From Chloroflexota bacterium (GTDB lineage Bacteria; Chloroflexota; Dehalococcoidia; UBA2979): a stretch of DNA of 64,000 nucleotides. The notes beneath the pieces were generated by a model. It ran no database searches, had not been told where the DNA came from, and saw only the letters and a list, made by a program, of their open reading frames with translations. Location: NCBI GenBank assembly GCA_027593235.1, contig JAQCIU010000001.1:191660-255659 (forward strand), given 5' to 3'. The translations under genes were made by a program, and so were the position numbers. Shown here in pieces: positions 56,475-64,000 of the stretch. The number at the start of each line of letters is the position of its first letter. Position 1 is the stretch's first letter.

Positions 56475-57299
56475 ATGGAAGAGCGAATCGAACAGCTCCG
56501 ACGCCTGCTCCAGCAGACGGTGCGCGGCGCCTCGATCTGGTGGAAGGCGCAAACCGTGATGGTTCGTCGTGGATTGCTCGGAGCGCTGGGCGCCCTCGGG
56601 CTGATGGTCGTGCTCGGCGCGTTGGTTGCCAGCAGCGCGGATGGCGCTCCGGGCGTCGTCGCCCGCCTTCGCTCCGGCGCCACGCCGGGCGGCACACCCG
56701 GTGGGTCCGCTACCGGTTCGCCAACCGCCTCGGAGACACCGACACCGGAGCCGCCGATCGGGAGCATCTCCGAACTAGTCTCGGAGTTCGGCGATCCGCC
56801 GGGGTACAACTTCGCGCGCCTGCGAATACCGCTGCTGGCGGTTGATGCACCCGTGGGGATCAGCATTGTCGATGGATCGGCCGGTGCACAGCTCGGCATT
56901 CCGGAGGGTCCTGCCACCGTCTTCTGGTACGACATGAGCGCCTGGCAGGACCTGGGTGGTCGTCCCGGTGAGGGACGCAACGCCATCTTCGGCGCCCACG
57001 CAGACATCTCCGGATACCTTCCCTACGCGGACGTGAATTATCACGGCCCTGCCGTCTTCCGGGATCTGGCCCTGCTGCAGCCCGGAGACCAGATCTTCAT
57101 CGACTACAACGGTGAATCGCTCCAGTACGTGGTTCAGTGGAGCGATCAGGTGGAGCCAGGCAACCTCTCGCGCTGGAGCGAGATCTGGAGCGACTCAGTC
57201 GAGACGGATTCGATCACCCTTTATACCTGCGGTGGCGATTTCGACTACGACTCGCGGGAATACGCCGACCGCGTTGTCGTGCGCGCCGCGCGTTCGTAG
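56475..57299 (+). CDS. Class F sortase
   Basis: N-terminal TM, LRIP, WY, GRPGEGRNAIFGAH, L..LQPGD, ITLYTCGG and RVVVRA. Confidence 0.88.
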   Translation: MEERIEQLRRLLQQTVRGASIWWKAQTVMVRRGLLGALGALGLMVVLGALVASSADGAPGVVARLRSGATPGGTPGGSATGSPTASETPTPEPPIGSISELVSEFGDPPGYNFARLRIPLLAVDAPVGISIVDGSAGAQLGIPEGPATVFWYDMSAWQDLGGRPGEGRNAIFGAHADISGYLPYADVNYHGPAVFRDLALLQPGDQIFIDYNGESLQYVVQWSDQVEPGNLSRWSEIWSDSVETDSITLYTCGGDFDYDSREYADRVVVRAARS

Positions 57300-57388
57300 C
57301 CCCTCGACCCGCCCGTCGTCCGATCCGCGAGTTGCCTCGCGACTGTCGAGGCGCTTCGGCGCTCCGTGACCCGACGGGGTGGCGCGCG

Positions 57389-57516
57389 TCAGAGGCGGCA
57401 CGCCTCGGCGCCACGCGCGCCCTCGGTCATCGGCGCGCCGTGTGGCAAGTGACGTCGTAGAGGTAGATCCCCTCCACGGTTGCGCCGCTGAAGTTCGCAC
57501 CGGTGAGGTCGACCGC
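57389..57516 (-). pseudogene. 3' remnant of a pentapeptide-repeat gene cut by the element at 57517
   Basis: Reads AVDLTGANFSGATVEGIYLYDVTC, then with a one-base shift (P)HGAPMTEGARGAEACRL*. Confidence 0.6.
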
Positions 57517-58347
57517 TGTGGGGCGCCAAAACCTCATCCGCTATTCTTCGGGCCATTGATCAGTGAGCTGATTGGCACGGAACCGCATGAAGAGCCTGCG
57601 TGCCCGTCTCGCATCGCGACTCGACCTCGTGCTCCAGAACGTCGCTCTGCACCATCAGCTGATGGTCCTCGAACGCAGCAACCGGAGGTTGCGTGCTCGG
57701 ACGTTCGACGGCTCTGACCGCTGGTTGTGGGTCCTCCTCTCCCGGTGGTGGCCTCGCTGGCGCGAGGCCCTGACGATCATTCAGCCGCAAACGGTTGTGC
57801 GCTGGCGGCGCACTCCCTGGTGGCGGCACGCATTCCAAAGACGAACGCGCCGCGGCGGCCGTCCGCGCATCTCAGCGGAACTCCAGGCCCTGATCCCAAG
57901 GATGCAGGCGGAGAACCCGCGCTGGGGAAGCATGCGCATCCTCGGGGAGCTGAAGAAGCTCGGTTTCGAGGTGAGCAACTCAAGCGTGAGGCGCTACCGG
58001 GGCAGGGCTCACCAACGCCCTTGGGGCCAGAGTTGGCGGACGTTCTTCTACAACCACGCGCCCTACGCGCAGGAAGCACTCCAGGAGGCGATCGACGAGC
58101 GCACGCGACGCGCGTTGGAGACGTTGCTGAGTCGGTTCGGCCTATGGCGCCGCGCTCGACGACGGTCGCTGCCGACCGGTGAACCGGTGCTGATTCGGGA
58201 ACTCCCGCTCAAGCCGACCGCTGTCACAGGCGTCAGCCGGCAACGGTCGTCCGAAGCGGGTACCTCGAACTCCCAGCAGTCGCGTGCCAGCCCCGATGGT
58301 GGCTCGCGGGCCGCGTAGTGCTGAAGATGAGGTTTTGGCGCCCCACA
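57517..58347 (+). mobile_element. Non-autonomous IS481-like element, copy 1 (831 bp)
   Basis: Perfect 22-bp TIRs TGTGGGGCGCCAAAACCTCATC (57517-57538 and 58326-58347); transposase N-terminal ORF. Confidence 0.85.
57587..58318 (+). CDS. Transposase N-terminal/HTH half with no DDE (rve) domain
   Basis: NVALHHQL..DR..W..LSRWW..IIQPQTVVRW..GRP..M.AENPRWG..RILGELKKLG..SWRTFFYNH; no catalytic core follows. Confidence 0.8.
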   Translation: MKSLRARLASRLDLVLQNVALHHQLMVLERSNRRLRARTFDGSDRWLWVLLSRWWPRWREALTIIQPQTVVRWRRTPWWRHAFQRRTRRGGRPRISAELQALIPRMQAENPRWGSMRILGELKKLGFEVSNSSVRRYRGRAHQRPWGQSWRTFFYNHAPYAQEALQEAIDERTRRALETLLSRFGLWRRARRRSLPTGEPVLIRELPLKPTAVTGVSRQRSSEAGTSNSQQSRASPDGGSRAA

Positions 58348-58424
58348 GGTTGAGCTTTAGTGCGCGACGCATCCTCGACCCGCTCGGTGCCGCCGACGAT
58401 CGCCCGCTGCCGCTCCGAACCGTC

Positions 58425-61400
58425 TCAGGACTTGGGAACCTCAAGAAGCTCGGCCAGCTGATCCGAGAGCGGGTTCTGAAGCCTCCAGCGGACCGTGATC
58501 GGCTTCTGGCCTTCCCACCCTACGAAGTGGACGTCACCACAGAAGATGAAGGGCGCGGCTTGCCCACCCAGCTTTCCCGTCTTGCGAATCAGCAGGTGCA
58601 CCGGGATATTGCGTTCGGCGTGCTGGCTGATTGCTTGGCCCGCTCCGCTCTCCTGCGTATGCCGGTTCTGACTCCTCCACTCGAACAGATCGCGGCTCAA
58701 AAACCGATCAGCGTATCGGTGCTCTTGCGGCATTCCACTCTTGTCGAGCGTAACCAACAAGAAGAGGTGACCGCCCTCCGAGATATATCCCTGCTGCCAG
58801 AGCGCGCTTCTGAATTCAAGCCCAAACGCTGGGGGGATGTCGGCTCGCATGTAGCTTCGGCCCACCTCCAAGCCCTCCTCGACTGCCGTGCGTTGCATCG
58901 GCTCAAGGGCCCAGATATCGTCCCGCCGGACGAACCGGACTTGGTAGCCCGTGCCCGGCAGGCCGGCGTCTTCTCCGAACCAGCTGCGTAGCAGCTCCGG
59001 AAGTACGTTCTCGCGACTGCCAGGGCGACGCATGATGTTGACCGCTACCTTGGCGAAGTTGGCCTCGTATTCCTTGTCGGCGATTACAACCTGCGTCCAG
59101 TCGGAGGGGATCGCCGGGCGAGTCTCGCGCGGAGGCAAGAAGAGCAGAGGGCGCCCGCCCGCATGGCTCACCCGGCACACGAACGATCCGGTGTCCTCGT
59201 CCGATGATCCATCGCCGGTCCGCAGTCGGTCGATGTATTCGGCAAGCCGCCACTCGGCGATCTCCTGCACTAGGTCACCCAGCGCCTCACGGTCATCGTC
59301 TCCGACTTTGAGGGTCGTGCGGAAGATCCCTTCCTCGTACTCGAAGAATGAAGCTGCCCCGGTTCCCTTGCCCTCGATCCACGCAGCGATGGGCTGCGTG
59401 ACGAGCGTTCTCTCGAGCGCCTGGTCGTCGTCGAGTGGGATCGAAAAGTCGCGCTGAAGGATCGCGGATCGTCGCGCCAGGCGACGGATACCATCACGGA
59501 GGATGTCGATTCGAATCTCGCCCGGGAAACAGTTCGCCTGCAGCATCGCCTCCAACACGAGGAACTTGTAACTGCGCGTCATCGGAGTGGTCTCGAGAAC
59601 CTTCAGAAAGCTGGCGCTCGGCTCGTCGCGGACCAGCCGCTTCGAACGCTCATTCAGGTCTCCCATCGCGTCGACGAAGCGGAGCCACGAGCCGTAACCC
59701 TGGCGCACCGACCTTGGGCGGTAGCCCTCGTGGTGCATCTCAGACGCTGTGGGCCGAGCGCCGTACCGCTCGCGGAAGTCCTCGTAGAAGAAACGAATCG
59801 CGGCGTCGCCTGACCCCAGGCGAAGGAGTGATTGCAGAATGTCAATTGCCTCGAGGTCGTATGTGACTTCACAGCCCGGAGGAAGATCGGCTTCTCCCCG
59901 CTGCAACCGCTCGAGTTGGCGGGCAATCTCTGCATCCCCGCCGGACAGATCGAACAGCGTCTGTGGCTTGAGCAAGAATGTTCGATGGTTGCCGATGTAA
60001 TCGACGACCGTGAGCCGTTGCTTGCCCACCGCCTTGCGAAGTCCGCGGCCAAATTGCTGCAGCCAGAGGATCCTCGATTCGGTTGGCCGGAGCATCATCA
60101 CGGTGTCGACGTTGGGGAGGTCCACGCCCTCGTTGAACATGTCTACCGCGAATACGACATCGAGTTCGCCGCCGGCCAGCTGCTCGAGGGATCCAACTCG
60201 AGGATCGCTGGTCGTGTCCGAGTGCACGGCTGCCGCCCGCACGCCCGCGCTCAAGAAGAACTCTCGCATGAAGTCCGCGTGACGCGTCGAGCAGCAAAAA
60301 GCCAGCGTCTGCTTTCCGCCACGCAGACGGTACTGTTCCAGAACGTTCTCCGCGCGTGCTCTTGTGGCGACTGCTTCGGTGAGCGCTGTCTCATCGAACC
60401 GGCTGCTGCGCCAGGGAATGTTGGCGTAGTCGACCTCATCGGGAACACCAAAGTAATGGAACGGGGAGAGCAATTCCTCGCGGATGCCCTCAGCCAGATC
60501 GCAGCGAAAGACCATGTTCTCCTGACACAGCGTGAGGAGGTCTCCACCATCCGTTCGCTCGGGAGTGGCCGTCAGGCCGAGCAGGAACTTCGGCTCGAAG
60601 TAGTTAATGAGTCGCCGATAGGTCCGGGCAGAAGCGTGATGGAACTCGTCCACCACGATGTAGTCGAAGTCTTCCCGTGCGAAGCGACCCAGGTGCGCCT
60701 CTCGTCCAATCGTCTGGATCGAAGCAAAGACGACTTCCGCATCCGGAGTCTTCTCTTGTCCCGTGTAGAGGCCTAGATGTGCGGTGGGACGGATCCGTCG
60801 GTAGGTCGCCATCGCCTGACGGAGGATCTCATCGCGGTGCGCGACGAAGAGGACGCGACGGTATTCGGGTCGCGTACTGTCGAAGGCTGAGAGCCACGTC
60901 TTGCCGAGTCCGGTGGCCAACACCACAAGACCTGCGGAGTTGCCAGCCTCCCGGGTGGCTTCGAGGGCGGCAAGGGCCTGCCGCTGGATCGAGTGGGGTT
61001 CCGGAGGCGGAGGAGCGGGTTCGGGTACGACTTCCGCGGGTGCGGCTCGAGGAACCCGTGTCGCGCGGTACTCGTCGACCCACGCCGCGTCGATCACGCG
61101 AACCTTTGGGTGGTTGAGCAGGTCCTCGAACGCGACCCGTACGTCCGCGAACCTCGTCTCATCTCGGGAAGGAATGATCCGGTAATTCCACTCGAGTCCC
61201 GTGGTCAACGCGGGGCGGGTGAGGTTCGAGCTTCCGACGAGCGCGACGCCCGGTCCTTCTCGATCCGCCTGGTCGTAGAAGAGGTAGGCCTTGGGATGAA
61301 AGCTCTGCTCGTCCGCCTCGAAAGCGCGCAAATCCAATCGGTCGGGCCACCGTTCCTTGAGATCTAGGAGTTGAAGGAGCGCTGTGGGATCGGTGACACC

Positions 61401-62051
61401 GAGGTACGTCCCGGTCACGATCCGCAGGTGACCGCCGCGCTCGATGAGGTCCTGCAGATGCGCTCCGAGCAACTGCACCCCGCTCTCGAGCAGGAACGCG
61501 ACCGCGAAATCCGCCGCGTTCGCGAGATCGAGGTAGGCACGGACATGTGGCAGGAGCGGATCGTCTCCTCCCGTGATGAGTGCAGGCCGATGCGGGAGAT
61601 GTCGCGCTAACGCAGATTCCCCCTCGACACCCCCGAGGTGCCCAGCTTCACCTTGGGGCCGTGACACCGCTGCGAGGTAGTCTGCCTTGTCCGGCAGCAC
61701 GGATCGGACGCCGCCGCGCGGATTCGCGATATCGCCCGCGAACCGTGGAATCACATGCAGGTGGAGGTGCTCGACAGTTTGTCCCGCAGCCTCACCAATG
61801 TTGACGCCGATGTTGAAGCCGTCAGGACGCCGCACCTTTTCGATCTCTTGCTTCGCGAGGTTGATGCCGGCGAGCAACTCCGCTTGTTCGTCAGAGGTAG
61901 CGTCGAACCACGACACGACGTGGCGCTTCGGAATCAGAAGCGCATGCCCTGGACTCACGGGAAATGCGTCCCACAGACCAAGCGTGAGCGAACCAGCTTG
62001 GAAGATGCGCTCCGCTGCGGGCGCACAGAACGGGCACAGCGCTTCGCTCAT
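58425..62051 (-). CDS. HIT-PLD nuclease-SF2 helicase-DUF3427 protein (SauUSI-like type IV restriction enzyme with HIT fusion), 1208 aa
   Basis: CPFC..SPGH..HLHLHVIPR; FHPKAY..GSSNLT; LATGLGKT, DEFHH, GLTATP, QQFGRGLR; MTRSYK; LLVTLDK..Y.DRF...FEWRSQN. Confidence 0.9.
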   Translation of the reverse strand: MSEALCPFCAPAAERIFQAGSLTLGLWDAFPVSPGHALLIPKRHVVSWFDATSDEQAELLAGINLAKQEIEKVRRPDGFNIGVNIGEAAGQTVEHLHLHVIPRFAGDIANPRGGVRSVLPDKADYLAAVSRPQGEAGHLGGVEGESALARHLPHRPALITGGDDPLLPHVRAYLDLANAADFAVAFLLESGVQLLGAHLQDLIERGGHLRIVTGTYLGVTDPTALLQLLDLKERWPDRLDLRAFEADEQSFHPKAYLFYDQADREGPGVALVGSSNLTRPALTTGLEWNYRIIPSRDETRFADVRVAFEDLLNHPKVRVIDAAWVDEYRATRVPRAAPAEVVPEPAPPPPEPHSIQRQALAALEATREAGNSAGLVVLATGLGKTWLSAFDSTRPEYRRVLFVAHRDEILRQAMATYRRIRPTAHLGLYTGQEKTPDAEVVFASIQTIGREAHLGRFAREDFDYIVVDEFHHASARTYRRLINYFEPKFLLGLTATPERTDGGDLLTLCQENMVFRCDLAEGIREELLSPFHYFGVPDEVDYANIPWRSSRFDETALTEAVATRARAENVLEQYRLRGGKQTLAFCCSTRHADFMREFFLSAGVRAAAVHSDTTSDPRVGSLEQLAGGELDVVFAVDMFNEGVDLPNVDTVMMLRPTESRILWLQQFGRGLRKAVGKQRLTVVDYIGNHRTFLLKPQTLFDLSGGDAEIARQLERLQRGEADLPPGCEVTYDLEAIDILQSLLRLGSGDAAIRFFYEDFRERYGARPTASEMHHEGYRPRSVRQGYGSWLRFVDAMGDLNERSKRLVRDEPSASFLKVLETTPMTRSYKFLVLEAMLQANCFPGEIRIDILRDGIRRLARRSAILQRDFSIPLDDDQALERTLVTQPIAAWIEGKGTGAASFFEYEEGIFRTTLKVGDDDREALGDLVQEIAEWRLAEYIDRLRTGDGSSDEDTGSFVCRVSHAGGRPLLFLPPRETRPAIPSDWTQVVIADKEYEANFAKVAVNIMRRPGSRENVLPELLRSWFGEDAGLPGTGYQVRFVRRDDIWALEPMQRTAVEEGLEVGRSYMRADIPPAFGLEFRSALWQQGYISEGGHLFLLVTLDKSGMPQEHRYADRFLSRDLFEWRSQNRHTQESGAGQAISQHAERNIPVHLLIRKTGKLGGQAAPFIFCGDVHFVGWEGQKPITVRWRLQNPLSDQLAELLEVPKS

Positions 62052-62581
62052 GTTCCTGCGCCATCCCGCAGCGGCAGTCGTGTTATGACCAGTTGTCCTT
62101 CGAGCCCGTCGCTGCGGCACGCCGCGCAGCGCCAACGGCGAACTACTCTCCGCGCAACGCGCGATGCGTGGCAAACAGGGCAGCGATGTGCCCAGACCGG
62201 CCGAGATCGCCTGCGCGAGGGAGCGAGTCCTTCTAGAAGCTCAGCGGGCACCCGTGTGCGCGGCTCGAAGCCGGCTGCTTGGACTAGTTCTCGCCACTCG
62301 GGTCCGTGTGGCCTCGGCCCGAGCCCGTGCAGCTCGTGGATCGCCGCGTGAGCGGCCTCGTGACAGAGCGCCTCGTGAAGGAGCACCAACGGCCCATCGA
62401 GTAGAAACGCCGCCAGTCGGATCTCACCCGAAGCAGGTGCGCATCGACCCAGAGACGTCTGGAATCGCCGGCTGAACGACAGGGAGAGACGGTCATGGAG
62501 GCCAGGGAGCCCCCACAGCCCGCCGTAGCGCGCGATGATGGTGCGTAACTCCTCAGCTTGTGGATCGGGCCGATCCCTCAT
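62048..62581 (-). CDS. SprT-like zinc metalloprotease
   Basis: FSRRFQTSLGRC..IRL, LCHEAAH (HExxH), HGPEWR and C-terminal CPVC..CAAC; ATGA overlap with the downstream gene. Confidence 0.85.
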   Translation of the reverse strand: MRDRPDPQAEELRTIIARYGGLWGLPGLHDRLSLSFSRRFQTSLGRCAPASGEIRLAAFLLDGPLVLLHEALCHEAAHAAIHELHGLGPRPHGPEWRELVQAAGFEPRTRVPAELLEGLAPSRRRSRPVWAHRCPVCHASRVARRVVRRWRCAACRSDGLEGQLVITRLPLRDGAGT

Positions 62582-62588
62582 GTGGGCC

Positions 62589-62597
62589 ACGCTACCA
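62589..62597 (-). promoter_or_regulatory. Extended -10 (TGgTAGCGT) 7 nt upstream of the SprT ATG: leaderless promoter
   Basis: Same geometry as other -10/start pairs in this window; no SD. Confidence 0.45.
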
Positions 62598-63138
62598 TGC
62601 GTCGGCCAGCGGGCGCGTTGCCAGTCAGCGGCAGCCCGTCCGTTCCTCTCCGTCCCTACGCATCAGTCTGATCGAGATTCCGGAGATCGGCGATGATGCC
62701 GACGAGTCCGTCGATTACAGCCTCCGGGTTGTCGCTGACCTGGGCAGGCGTCATTCGCCGGGCAGAAACTCCTTCGCTTGACGTATCGGCGCCCGGACCG
62801 CCGCGGAAAGTTCCGGGCCGCTCGCAACCACGTTCATGTCAGATCAGCTGGCGCTCTGCCCGGAGACCGAGAAACGCCGTCACTGCTGGACGGATGCAGT
62901 TTTGCCGCCCTATACGGGCGAGATCGACTGGCGGGACAGAGCATCGACTAGCGGATCGCCCAGACCCTGCGCCTCGCGCCTTCCCGGTGAGGCTCAAGGA
63001 GCGGGTACTCGGCACGCGGCTCCATCAGCCTTGCCCAGTAAAGCTCCGGAAGGTCGATGATCGCGTCTTCGTCGAACTGCCTGCTTCTGTTGACTCAGCA
63101 TCGCCGCGTGGACCAGCCACCCGGCTTTCTGGCCATCC

Positions 63139-63952
63139 TGTGGGGCGCCCCGCATCTGCAGTGTCACGCGGCCCGCGCGCCACGGTCTGGGCTGGCACGG
63201 GACGGATGAGAGTTCGAGACAGCTGCCCTGCGGAAACGTTGACGGACACCTGTGACGGCGGTCGGCCTAAGCGGGAATCCCCGACGTAGCAGCGGGCCAC
63301 CAGCAGGCGGCGGCCGTCGTCGAGCGCGGTGCCGACTCAGCAATGTCTCCAACGCGCGCCGCGTGCGCACGTCGACCGCCCCTTGCAGCGCCTCCCGGAC
63401 GTAGGGAGCGTGGTTGTAGAAAAACGTCCGCCAACTCTGGCCACGAGAGTGGCGGCGCGTGGTGCGCCGGTAGCGCCGCACGCTTGAGTTGCTTACCTCG
63501 AAACCGAGCTTCTTCAGCTCCCCGAGGATGCGCATGCTTCCCCAGCGCGGATTCTCCGCCTGCATCCGCGGAATCAGGGCCTGGAGTTCAGCTGAGATGC
63601 GCGGACGGCCGCCGCGACACCTTCGTCTGTGGAGTAGGTGTCGCCACCAGGGAATGCGCCGCCAGCGCACGACCCTCTGCGGCTGGACGATCGCTAGCTG
63701 TACTGACGCCAGCGAGGCCACCACCGGGAGAGAAGGATCCACAGTGAGCGGTCCGAGCCGTTGAACGTCCGAGCGCGCGACCTGCGGTCGCGGCGCTCGA
63801 GCACCGTCAGCTGATGATGCAGAGCCATGTTCTCGAGCACGAGGTCGAGCCGTGACACGAGGCGGGCACGCAAGCTCTTCATCCTGTTCCGTGCCGATCA
63901 GCTCATTGATCATTGGCCCGAAGAATAGCGGATGAGGTTTTGGCGCCCCACA
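63139..63952 (-). mobile_element. Non-autonomous IS481-like element, copy 2 (814 bp), inverted
   Basis: Intact TIR at 63931-63952; degenerate TIR at 63139 (AAAA deleted); colinear with copy 1. Confidence 0.85.
63164..63882 (-). pseudogene. Frameshifted copy of the DDE-less transposase ORF
   Basis: ORF-track pieces 63694-63882 and 63164-63913 join at a frameshift near 63700; ends ..RAA* like copy 1. Confidence 0.8.
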
Positions 63953-64000
63953 GCCCCGCGTTCCTTCGGATGATTCGTGCAGCGAAAGAGGGGCAGTTCG

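Larger units (their letters stand above)
57517..63952. mobile_element. Putative composite transposon / defence island bounded by two inverted element copies
   Basis: Outer ends share 39 identical nt; inner TIR of copy 2 has decayed; cargo looks less GC-rich than the flanks by eye; no target-site duplication found. Confidence 0.6.

Noticed and set aside
58349-58355. Integron attC core site (GTTGAGC fits GTTRRRY)
   Set aside because: No complementary partner box or attC-like hairpin and no integron integrase; a 7-mer match is expected by chance.
62052-62174. Longer 1249-aa start for the helicase/nuclease in the ORF track
   Set aside because: It would overlap sprT by 127 nt; ATG 62051 gives a clean ATGA coupling and starts right at the HIT domain.
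57511-63958. Target-site duplications for either element or the composite
   Set aside because: Flanks GACCGC, GGTTGA, CCATCC and GCCCCG do not match in any pairing.
1-64000. tRNA, rRNA, tmRNA, RNase P or SRP genes
   Set aside because: No recognisable signature found by eye in the intergenic regions; a covariance-model scan was not possible.

Overview
High-GC bacterial chromosomal segment. The gene content (Tat-signal family-5 solute-binding protein starting 'NYWTRQRVSRR', class F sortase, several PPOX/LLM flavin/F420-type enzymes, many SDRs and hydrolases) suggests a Chloroflexota (Dehalococcoidia-like) organism; this is inference. Positions 1-57.3 kb are mostly metabolic and transport genes: sulfite reductase plus APS reductase, HU, glcDEF, a peptide ABC importer, an atypical P450 with a SEC-C tail, exporters, an SDR-SDR-LLM cluster, a CoA transferase, cyclophilin, GH15, a lyase, a WecB/TagA glycosyltransferase and a sortase. 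From 57,517 an inserted island begins, cutting a pentapeptide-repeat gene. It holds two inverted ~0.8 kb IS481-like elements with TGTGGGGCGCC terminal repeats that encode only the DNA-binding half of a transposase. They flank a translationally coupled two-gene operon: a SprT-like zinc metalloprotease and a 1208-aa HIT-PLD-SF2 helicase-DUF3427 (SauUSI-like) protein. This operon is the best candidate for an undescribed defence or DNA-end-processing system. No rRNA, tRNA or CRISPR array was seen. All family calls come from motif recognition by eye, not database searches.
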